Both the position numbers and the translations under genes were made by a program. Below are positions 1 through 7,747 of a stretch of 20,000 bases of DNA, piece after piece. Each line of letters opens with the position of its first letter. Position 1 is the first letter of the stretch. The stretch is from an uncultured virus (IMG/VR IMGVR_UViG_3300011834_000039) (taxonomy: Duplodnaviria; Heunggongvirae; Uroviricota; Caudoviricetes): IMG/VR virus record IMGVR_UViG_3300011834_000039; one strand, written 5' to 3'. The notes under the pieces are model-generated. The model made no database searches and was not told the DNA's origin. It saw only the letters and a list, made by a program, of their open reading frames with translations.

Positions 1-1
1 T

Positions 2-772
2 AAACACATCGTCGATGTCGCGGGCATTCATCATGCGACGACCGCGATAGTTGACACTCTCTGCAGCCAGATCGACGAGGCCCATGCCCATATATTGGCG
101 AGCGGCAGCGGACGGACCAGCCTGCGGCGTCGGTGCACCAAGGCCGTATGCCAGCGCCTCGATCTGGGCTGAGCGACGAGTGACCGCCTCATCGTGAACC
201 ACATCGACACGCACACGGCTGTCAGTCGGGCTCTGGCGCTCATTCGAGACCATGTGATCGAGAAGCAGGCTGCGGAACTGCTCGACCGGCGTACCGGAGC
301 GAACATGCTCTCGACCGAGATCCGGAAAACCGGAACGCGTAGCCAGATCCTCAATAGTGCTGGATCTCTCACGCTCGGCACTCACCGCCTCGTCGACTGC
401 GGCTCGAACGGACGGATCAACAGTCGGCGCGTTGCGCTGTTCGTTTTCCATCCGGGTAAGTTCAGCTCGGACCTGATCGGCTTCAGCCAAGATGTCCGCA
501 TGTTCCTGCTCGATTGCCCGAACCGCATCTTCATCGAGATCATCGGTAATACGGGCGCGAGTAGCTTCCGCACGGCCAGTAATTTCTTTCAGCTTCGAAC
601 GCAGGCCCAGCAAGGCAACGTTGGCACCGATCAGGTGCATTCCGTCAGGCTGTACGAAAGCACGATAATCGAGGGATGCTGCATGCGATGGATCTGCGGC
701 GAACAACGCCATAGCCAGACCGACGCAGAAAAATGCGGCGACGGTCGCGAAAATGTAAGCACCCTTTTTCAT
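2..772 (-). CDS. Major capsid protein, N-terminal part (runs off the left edge; absent from the ORF track)
   Basis: Manual translation from ATG 772 (upstream AAGGA SD): MKKGAYIFATVAAFFCVGLAMALFAADPSHAAS...AERERSSTIEDLA...YMGMGLVDLAAESV..., open to the window edge. Lies directly downstream of the prohead protease and has a charged coiled-coil, scaffold-like region. Confidence 0.8.
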   Translation of the reverse strand, partial: MKKGAYIFATVAAFFCVGLAMALFAADPSHAASLDYRAFVQPDGMHLIGANVALLGLRSKLKEITGRAEATRARITDDLDEDAVRAIEQEHADILAEADQVRAELTRMENEQRNAPTVDPSVRAAVDEAVSAERERSSTIEDLATRSGFPDLGREHVRSGTPVEQFRSLLLDHMVSNERQSPTDSRVRVDVVHDEAVTRRSAQIEALAYGLGAPTPQAGPSAAARQYMGMGLVDLAAESVNYRGRRMMNARDIDDVF

Positions 773-870
773 GGTGTGCGTTTCCTTCTATGTACCGGGC
801 AAAACAAGCGCCGTCGCCCTGCAACCCCGGAGAATTGCAGGCGGCAAACTGGAATTTGATGATTGCTGGA

Positions 871-1521
871 TTAGGCGAGGCGGCGGACGGCTTCGGCCAT
901 TCTCATTCGCGCTGAGGCCGCAAACGTCGAGACCGATTTTCGGTCGATCATGAGCGGGAACGTATCTGCGTGATTGCGAACCTGAGCGCCGGGATCTGCC
1001 GGAACCGTCACGAACGAAATTTCATTCGGCGTCCAACGCTCGACGAACACCTTTTCGACATCGCCCTTTTTCTGGGCTTCCTCAATACGGATCTTGTCAA
1101 TGGAATAGCCGACAGACACGTTCTTGATAATGCCATCGGAGACCAAGCCGAACATGCGGTCGGCGCGCTCGTCGATCCCGGCTTTTGGGAACCGGATCTT
1201 CGCTTTACCTTCACCGCCATCAACCCACGCCCGTTCGACAACCGCGACCTGCGAAAAGGTCGACCAGACAGAATGACTATCCAGAACCGGCGCACCTGCA
1301 TTCATCCGCGACAGGTCGATTGCCTTGTCGCTGACAAGCAGAATCTCATCGAAAGGAACCGTATCCCAACCGACATAACGGCGACGGCGAACCGGTGCGC
1401 CGGTAGTCCATACCAGATCCAGCGTGCGCGTTTCAGCATCGACACCGGAAGGAAGCAACCGGACCTCCTGCATCTGCATCGGCAGACTGTCCGGCATCTT
1501 GCGCAGGTTAAGTTTCGTCAT
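871..1521 (-). CDS. Prohead (maturation) protease, HK97-like
   Basis: GAPVLDSH, NVSVGY and WTPNEISFVTVPADPGA motifs. Probable start MTKLNL at 1521 with AAGGA SD; the ORF track extension to 1743 overlaps the portal. Confidence 0.9.
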   Translation of the reverse strand: MTKLNLRKMPDSLPMQMQEVRLLPSGVDAETRTLDLVWTTGAPVRRRRYVGWDTVPFDEILLVSDKAIDLSRMNAGAPVLDSHSVWSTFSQVAVVERAWVDGGEGKAKIRFPKAGIDERADRMFGLVSDGIIKNVSVGYSIDKIRIEEAQKKGDVEKVFVERWTPNEISFVTVPADPGAQVRNHADTFPLMIDRKSVSTFAASARMRMAEAVRRLA

Positions 1522-3045
1522 CGTTTTCGTCCTTCTCAGGAGGATCGTCGGTATCAACAGGTTGTTGAACCTGACCGGCCTGCGATATGCGGCGCGGGTC
1601 GCTGTCAAGGATAATACCGCGCTTGTCGAGCTTGGCATTGTCCGACTGGATTTCGTCCAGAACGTCATCAGTGTTTTCACCGGTCTCGGCGATTGCCGAT
1701 GAGAGTGAGCGGAAACCGGCGCGAACTTCCTTGATCCTGGCATTCACATCTTTCAGCGGGTCCGCCGAGTAGAAACGCGGCGGCGACCATTCAACCGCCA
1801 CTGTCGGAGTACTGATCTTCCCGGCGAGATAGGCAGCTTCACAGAACCAGTCCCACATCGGCTGCAACAGCATCGGTATGATGACCTGCCATTGCANNNN
1901 NNNNNNGAGATCATGCGCCGAAAGCCTTCCAGACCGATCTTGCTCGACGAGTAATTGACCTTGTCGAGGCGACCCGTCATCAGGGCATAGGGAACGCGCC
2001 AACCAGCTGAGATCGTATGCAGCATCGAAACTTTATAAGGATCGTAGCTGTCGGTTACGGCAGGCTGAGAGAATTTCATATCTCGACCGCCGACCGCATT
2101 GTAGAACATTCCCGGCGTGAACTTTTCGACACGCTGCCCGTGCACGTTGTAAATGCCCGGTGTTGTGGCTTCGCCATCCTTGCCGGTCAGCGGCAACCCT
2201 ATCGTGTCGTCAATGTCACCGCCGGTCATTACTCCGACAATGCAGGACTCGAGGCGCTTTCTGACAAGCTCTGACTGCTCATACTCGGCAAGGTCGAATG
2301 TATCGTCCATTGCTGGCGTCCCCCATGGAACGCCCCTGACTTGCGTGCGCTGTTTTTCGAAGACATGCGCAATATCAGCTGCCGGAACGGGCTTCGAAAC
2401 GATGGTCGATTGCGGGTCAAAAAAGCTGTTTCCGGGGTGAGACCCGAACATCCAATAGGCGCGCTTGCGGCCTATCGCATCGAACTCGATCCCCTGAATT
2501 GCCTTGCCGCCGCCAGATAACACCCCTTCCTTGGTACTATCGAGCAGATCCGATTCAATCACCTGCAGCTGCAGCGGAACCGGCAATCCATCTTCCAACC
2601 TGCGGCGGCGGCGACGTACAATACCGTCACCGCTTTCAAACATCTCTCGAACCGTCAGGGCAACGATGCCGTTGAAGTCGAGATCGCCATCAGCATCGCA
2701 AACCTTGCTCCATTCCTGGAACAGTTTGATTGCTTCCTTGTTCTTCGAGCGCGGGATAATGCCGTCGCCGATGGCATGGCTGACCAGCTCGGAGACAGCT
2801 TTCGCCGCATAGGGATTGTTGCGGACCAGATCCCGCATACGGTCGCGAAGCTTGCGACCGGCGCGAGCGATCTCGGCATCTGCCGATGTCGACTTTGCGC
2901 GACGGCCTGATTTCAGGCGATTGGTTTCCGCACCGGAATAGCTGCGCTGGACAATTTCCATTGCAGCGCGGTGACGGACACGACGCAGCCCCGCCTCCGG
3001 CGACACGTAGCCGATGGCCTTATCAAGAATGTTCCCAATGCCCAT
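1508..3045 (-). CDS. Portal protein, lambda family (frame broken only by the 10-N gap at 1897-1906)
   Basis: LRDRMRDLVRNNPYA, QVRGVPW and LTGRLDKVNYSS motifs, continuing after the gap in another frame as QWQVIIP...DPLKDVNA...LDSDPR. Confidence 0.95.
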
Positions 3046-3239
3046 TAGTCTAACGCCGCCAGAATAGTGCGAGGGCCGCGTGATTTACGGGCCCGAAGAT
3101 CCGCAAGCGCTTCCCGCATGTCTTTCAAGGAATGATATTCCACCTCACGGCGGGTGCCGCCTGAGTGGAATATGACTTTTTTTGCGCCGGCAAGAATTGC
3201 TTCCTCAAGCGCTGCGATCTGGTCGTCTATCGAAGCCAT
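3045..3239 (-). CDS. Head-tail joining protein, gpW-like
   Basis: MASIDDQIAALEEAILAGAKKV...REVEYHSLKDM; 64 aa immediately upstream of the portal with a TAATG overlap. Confidence 0.85.
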   Translation of the reverse strand: MASIDDQIAALEEAILAGAKKVIFHSGGTRREVEYHSLKDMREALADLRARKSRGPRTILAALD

Positions 3240-3247
3240 CGCGCCTA

Positions 3248-3424
3248 TCACTCCGCAAGATCATCGCCAGCGGTCAGCACGTCATCGACGATCCGCTTTG
3301 CTTTCTCGACTGTGTATGGCTCATCTCGATCAGTGAGAGCGCCGCCCATCGTCGCGAAATCAGCAGCAACTGCGACCGGTAGAGTTGCCGTGTCGTATGC
3401 AGCACGCAATAATTTGCCGAACAT
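3248..3424 (-). CDS. Small hypothetical phage protein (58 aa, below the ORF-track cutoff)
   Basis: GGAGA SD, then MFGKLLRAAYDTATLPVAVAADFATMGGALTDRDEPYTVEKAKRIVDDVLTAGDDLAE*. Fills the terL-gpW gap. Confidence 0.7.
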   Translation of the reverse strand: MFGKLLRAAYDTATLPVAVAADFATMGGALTDRDEPYTVEKAKRIVDDVLTAGDDLAE

Positions 3425-3472
3425 TGTCGTTCTCCAAACAGGTGGCCCATACGTCGAGCCGTTGCATTCTGG

Positions 3473-5290
3473 TTAAAGCCAATCCGAAGATGCAATTTCT
3501 GGTAACTTCGAAGCTGGTTTGATTTCCGGCGGCGTCGACAACTCACCCTCGCGGTGAGCCCAGTTCGCATTCACCATCTGGCGAGCGGCGAAGGCATAAA
3601 CCGTGCAGTCGAGAGCCTCGTGTCGTCGCCCTGGCACCGGAACGAATTGCCGGACCGTTTGTCCGCGCGAATATTTGACTACCAGTTGCTCGCCCACGAG
3701 CTGCTCAAACCAGACATCAGGCAGAGATTTCGAAAAACGCATGGAACTCGCACGCGCCAGCCGACCGAAAATGTGGCTCTTGATGCCGTCGACACCGACG
3801 ATGAACAGCTTGCCACCCTTTACAGTCGATTTGGATTTCTCAATCCAGGGCCGGTTGCCGCCCACACCCTTGATCGCAAACACGCGCCTGCGGAACCGTG
3901 GGAAAGCATAACGATAGACAGTTTCCATCGTTTCGCCGTCCGAGCTATCGATGCAGGTGGCATCGACCTTGATCTTGCCGCCGAGCGGATGATCCCATTG
4001 CGTGCCGAGCGCAACATCCAATTCAGACCAGGTCGCGTGATCGTCGTATCGACCCCAAATCACCTCATGTCCGAGGGCGTAAGGAATCCCCTCTTTGTCC
4101 CAACCTATGAAGGTGATTTCCAACCGATCATCCTGCACGTCAACGCCTGCGGTGATGATGAGAACCTGAACAGGAATGCCGGTCGTGGCCGTCGCATCGT
4201 CATCGTCTGGAGTTTCCGCAACCAGGCTGAAATCTTCGGCGCGGCTTGCAAGCTCGATATCATCCAGCTCGTCGGTGTTTTCCTTCCAGCCTTGCGCGAG
4301 GATCGTGTTGATGAACGTTTGAAGCTTCGACGGATCATTCTTCGCGCCGACAAACTCTTTCGCCAATCGCCCCCATGACGCATTCGGTAGTAGGGAAATC
4401 AGGGCGTTCATCCGAAACCCTGCATGGTCCTTTACTTCCGGTTTCAGTGCCCGCCAGCGACCATTCGCAACCATGCCGGGTTTATGGCGCTCATCGATAA
4501 CCGAGCCGCATTCCCGGCAGACATAGTAAGCTTTCTCCGGCTCACCTTCCGGCCATTGAATGTCGGACCACTGGATCTCGTGGAAGTGCCCGCACTCAGG
4601 GCAAGGCACCTCATAAATTCGCTTGTCAGACTGTTCATAGGATTGCAGCACATGGCTGGTTTCCTCATAAACCGGCGTCGACCCCATTACGATCTTGCGA
4701 TCCGCAAACGACAGGGTGCGGCGCTCTGCGAGCAGGATCGGCGACCCTTCCTTGGTCGCCGACATGCCGTCTGCCTCATCGATAAACAGGATGCGCACAT
4801 TATGGCGGCGCAAGTTGCGCGGTGCCTTTGCCGCAATGACTTTCAGAAAGCCGCCTGGAAAGCGCCGGGAAAGCAGAGTGTTTCTGCCGCCTTCATCGAC
4901 ATCGCCGGTCAACAATCCGTTGAGCGCTGGCGAGGCATCAAAGATCGGCTCGACATCCGAAACCATATAGTCGCGGCAGTCGGCCTCAGTCGGCAGGAGC
5001 GAAAGGATCGGCGACGGATCGTTCGAACAGAAACTGGCCATCGCGCTTGTCAGAAGCGTCGTGAAGCCGACGCGCACCGGCTTCACCAGTGTGACACGCT
5101 CAATCGCACTGTCGCCGATAGCGTCTGCAATCTCGCGCTGCGGTGGCCAGAGCCTGACACGACCAGTGAGGGACGACACACCCTCTGGGAGATAAACTGT
5201 CTGCTCAATCCAATCCGAGAGCTTCAGTTTCGGTGGCGGCGTCAGGGCTTCCCACACCGCCCGCCGCAAGATCGCCAGAGCCGTCGTCAT
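3473..5290 (-). CDS. terL: Terminase large subunit, lambda GpA family
   Basis: VKPVRVGFT Walker-A-like motif, ILFIDEAD Walker B, GSTP, CPECG/CRECG Zn motif, AGVDVQDDRLE and HEALDC nuclease motifs. Probable start MTTALA at 5290. Confidence 0.97.
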   Translation of the reverse strand: MTTALAILRRAVWEALTPPPKLKLSDWIEQTVYLPEGVSSLTGRVRLWPPQREIADAIGDSAIERVTLVKPVRVGFTTLLTSAMASFCSNDPSPILSLLPTEADCRDYMVSDVEPIFDASPALNGLLTGDVDEGGRNTLLSRRFPGGFLKVIAAKAPRNLRRHNVRILFIDEADGMSATKEGSPILLAERRTLSFADRKIVMGSTPVYEETSHVLQSYEQSDKRIYEVPCPECGHFHEIQWSDIQWPEGEPEKAYYVCRECGSVIDERHKPGMVANGRWRALKPEVKDHAGFRMNALISLLPNASWGRLAKEFVGAKNDPSKLQTFINTILAQGWKENTDELDDIELASRAEDFSLVAETPDDDDATATTGIPVQVLIITAGVDVQDDRLEITFIGWDKEGIPYALGHEVIWGRYDDHATWSELDVALGTQWDHPLGGKIKVDATCIDSSDGETMETVYRYAFPRFRRRVFAIKGVGGNRPWIEKSKSTVKGGKLFIVGVDGIKSHIFGRLARASSMRFSKSLPDVWFEQLVGEQLVVKYSRGQTVRQFVPVPGRRHEALDCTVYAFAARQMVNANWAHREGELSTPPEIKPASKLPEIASSDWL

Positions 5291-5939
5291 CGTCCTTTTC
5301 ACCAAGCTCTGTAAGTGCCGTGCGAATTTCCTCGTCGATCAGGTCGACATCGAAAGTGGTTAGGTGGGGCAGCATCTGGCGGCATCTGGATGGAACCGCC
5401 ATCATCACGTTTCGGACCCGTCGGGCTATCGAAACCCATTCATTGCGAACCTCGGCAATCGGGACCAGTTCCTTGCGCATTGCAGCATTGCGCAATGCTG
5501 CCTGGTCTGCCTGCTCTCGCGCCAGTCTCGCGCGTTCTGTTGCGAGCGTATCAACATTGTCACCGCCTCGACCTGCCGCGATCCCGCGCAGGTGCTCGCA
5601 ATAGAGCTGGACGGACTTGCGCAGGTCGAAGCGATTCCGACCTGTCTTCACGATGATTCCACGCTCGACGTAATCGGATATTGCCCGCTTCGAAACGCCC
5701 AGGATCTCTGCGAGATCCGCCGCTGTTATCTCGGCATCGTTTTCAGGCTGTTCGTCATCCTCAAGCGGCTCTTGCTCCGGCAAAAGCGGCTGCGCGGCCT
5801 GATCGACGTGCTTCTTGTGCGATTTGGCAGCAAAGCTGGGGCTGACACTGAACTTTTCCGCTGCCTGCCGGACGGTATGGCCTTCCTCAATGAAGGCTAT
5901 GACCTGCTGGCGCAGCTCGTCTGAATACCCTTTGGCCAT
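5205..5939 (-). CDS. terS: Terminase small subunit (Nu1-like) with an extra N-terminal HTH
   Basis: ITAADLAEILGVSKRAISDYVERG...FDLRKSVQLYC winged HTH plus ERARLAREQAD coiled coil; directly upstream of and overlapping terL. Confidence 0.88.
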   Translation of the reverse strand: MAKGYSDELRQQVIAFIEEGHTVRQAAEKFSVSPSFAAKSHKKHVDQAAQPLLPEQEPLEDDEQPENDAEITAADLAEILGVSKRAISDYVERGIIVKTGRNRFDLRKSVQLYCEHLRGIAAGRGGDNVDTLATERARLAREQADQAALRNAAMRKELVPIAEVRNEWVSIARRVRNVMMAVPSRCRQMLPHLTTFDVDLIDEEIRTALTELGEKDDDDGSGDLAAGGVGSPDAATETEALGLD

Positions 5940-5974
5940 GTGATTCCGATTCCATTCAAAGGGCGGTGGAATCC

Positions 5975-6052
5975 CCCTGTAAAAATTCGCAGAGACCGAA
6001 ATCCCGCAGTCGCGCTCACCCGCTCCGGTGATAGGCCCGGAAAAGGACCCAA
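5975..6052 (-). other. cos packaging site (cosQ/cosN-like)
   Basis: Minus strand reads GGGTCCTTTTCCGG-N15-GGGTGAGCGCGACTGCGGGATTTCG, parallel to lambda GGGTCCTTTCCGG...GGGCGGCGACCTCGCGGGTTTTCG, just upstream of terS. Confidence 0.75.
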
Positions 6053-6141
6053 TGGAGGGGGGATGGGGTCAGGGTCGGTCGGTCGGGTGCGCCCGCCCCC
6101 TCGACCCGCTCACCGGTCGAAGCGTTCACTCGTCCGATCTC

Positions 6142-6711
6142 CTAAGGCACCAGCTTCTTGAGCGCAGCGTCGACACGCTGTTGCAGCAAAGGTGCTGCTG
6201 TTCTCTCAAACGCCGATCTGGTTGCACCCTTGGTCATTTCCATCGGGATGAAAACGCCCGACCGGGTGTAGGTGATCTTGGTTCCAGACTTGTTCAGCCT
6301 ATGGAAAGCATGACCGTAAAACTTTGGAACGTTGACGCGACCGGGAAAGCGTCCGCCTTTCAGAAATGATCCCGCGAACAACTTCCGCTGCCCGAATGGC
6401 TTTGCGGAAACGCCTGCGCGTAACTCGCGAGGCGAAAGATATTTCAGACGAATATCGCCGCCTCGCGTCACCATTTCGTAGGAAAGCTTGCCCGGTCGAG
6501 CAACGCCCGGATCCCCGACCGCTTTGACGATAGTCTTGCGAGCCAGTCCCGTTTGCCTGGTCAGATTTCGAATAACCTGCGTCTTTGCCCGGTTGCCCAC
6601 CTGATTGACGATACGTGGCAGCACCGTCGGAAAGCGCGAATTGAGAACCGCTATCCTCGATCCGAATAACGAGAGGTGTTCGTCAGCCCACTTGGCCGTA
6701 ATCGTTGCCAT
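6142..6711 (-). CDS. Phage tail completion / minor tail protein Z-like
   Basis: Basic 189-aa protein (PRIVNQVGNRAKTQVIRNLTRQTGL..., FAGSF, GHAFHR) resembling gpZ-like proteins; family call is from recall only. Confidence 0.6.
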   Translation of the reverse strand: MATITAKWADEHLSLFGSRIAVLNSRFPTVLPRIVNQVGNRAKTQVIRNLTRQTGLARKTIVKAVGDPGVARPGKLSYEMVTRGGDIRLKYLSPRELRAGVSAKPFGQRKLFAGSFLKGGRFPGRVNVPKFYGHAFHRLNKSGTKITYTRSGVFIPMEMTKGATRSAFERTAAPLLQQRVDAALKKLVP

Positions 6712-6726
6712 GGTAGCAAATCCACG

Positions 6727-6855
6727 TCACTTGCAAGCACTGCTGCTGAGATAGTCATCCATCGTGCAGAAATGCTTTGCGCATCCACTCAGCGCGAAAG
6801 CCACCAGCAGCACTGCGATCAGGACAAACAGTCGATTGTCGATAGTTCTGATCAT
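6727..6855 (-). CDS. Small lipoprotein (42 aa, not in the ORF track)
   Basis: AAAGG SD, then MIRTIDNRLFVLIAVLLVAFALSGCAKHFCTMDDYLSSSACK*: hydrophobic h-region and lipobox LSG-C. Confidence 0.72.
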   Translation of the reverse strand: MIRTIDNRLFVLIAVLLVAFALSGCAKHFCTMDDYLSSSACK

Positions 6856-6893
6856 TGGCGCGGCCTTTCAACAAAACCGTTTATCCTTAGTAC

Positions 6894-6920
6894 AAACGAA
6901 AAGAGCGCCTTGCGGCGCTC
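6894..6920 (-). terminator. Intrinsic terminator upstream of the late genes (tR'-like)
   Basis: Minus strand GAGCGCC-GCAA-GGCGCTC (perfect 7-bp stem, GNRA loop) followed by TTTTCGTTT. Confidence 0.8.
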
Positions 6921-7090
6921 ATCGTTCGGTGAAGTCTGGACATAGCTTACGCACTGGCCCTGAATCGATGCCTGCCATTCTGGCGGTCAGGGCGGGGTCC
7001 GAGCGCGACCACCTCAGGAACTAGTCCCCACGTTTTACCGTGTATCGAGGTTCACTATTCATACCGGATCATCCCGTGAGCAGATTACGC

Positions 7091-7747
7091 TCACAAAGGT
7101 TCGAGAATTGCAATAGGCACGGTCATAGCCACTGGCCTGCCCATAATCGAAACCTCAATCACAACCAGACCGTTGCCTTTTGTTCCACCCGAAACCAGTT
7201 CTGCACGGCAACCGGCAAAAGGACCGTCGGCCACACGTGCCCATTTCACCCCGATAAACTTCCGGTGAAAATGCTCGTAATCATATTTACCATCTTCGGC
7301 TTTCGCTTTGAAAAGATATACCTTTTCGGCACTGACCAGAAATGGCGCTTCATATCCACCAAGGATCGAAACGACGTGATCGAAACTCAACAGACCGGCA
7401 AGGCATTCGTTCAAAACTGCACAGCGTACAAGCACGTAACCATTCATGACGGGCTGCTGCTTGGCCGGAATGACTCGATGCTGTCGACGAAGCACCGGCC
7501 CCATTTTCATGGGGACAAGTACTTCGATATTTTCTTTTTCGAGCGCTTCCCGCACCGAAAGTTCGCGTCCTGACACCACCTGTAGCACCAGCCAAGGAGA
7601 ATCATCGCCCACGCGATTCGCAGCCGCCGCCCTCATTCGAGCGACCCTGCGACGCTCAGCCAGCACCTTGTCGATAGCGCAAGCCTGCTCGAATGTCGGC
7701 TGTCTGGTGATAGCATCTGCAATCTGCTTTGCGTCAATTGCCATCAT
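7091..7747 (-). CDS. NusG-family transcription antitermination factor (phage paralogue)
   Basis: NGN domain (PWLVLQVVSGRE...PVMNGYVLV) and KOW domain (ARVADGPFAG...VSIMGRPV). Confidence 0.9.
   Translation of the reverse strand: MMAIDAKQIADAITRQPTFEQACAIDKVLAERRRVARMRAAAANRVGDDSPWLVLQVVSGRELSVREALEKENIEVLVPMKMGPVLRRQHRVIPAKQQPVMNGYVLVRCAVLNECLAGLLSFDHVVSILGGYEAPFLVSAEKVYLFKAKAEDGKYDYEHFHRKFIGVKWARVADGPFAGCRAELVSGGTKGNGLVVIEVSIMGRPVAMTVPIAILEPL

Noticed and set aside
194..859. 221-aa plus-strand ORF (and the 31-381 and 382-573 minus ORFs)
   Set aside because: Shadows of the capsid gene, which is open on the minus strand from 772 to the window edge.
1897..1906. Apparent frameshift or pseudogene in the portal gene
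   Set aside because: It coincides with a 10-N scaffold gap; a true gap length of 2 mod 3 (for example 5 nt) restores the frame, so it is most likely an assembly artefact.
3554..5924. Long plus-strand ORFs opposite terL and terS (274, 296 and 186 aa)
   Set aside because: Antisense shadows typical of GC-rich coding DNA; no recognisable motifs.
5800..5939. IS630-type insertion sequence
   Set aside because: Only an HTH-like segment fused in frame to TerS; no DDE domain, terminal inverted repeats or target duplication seen.
6054..6100. G-quadruplex-like G tracts beside cos
   Set aside because: One loop is long and the tracts can pair with nearby C-rich sequence; nothing supports a function.
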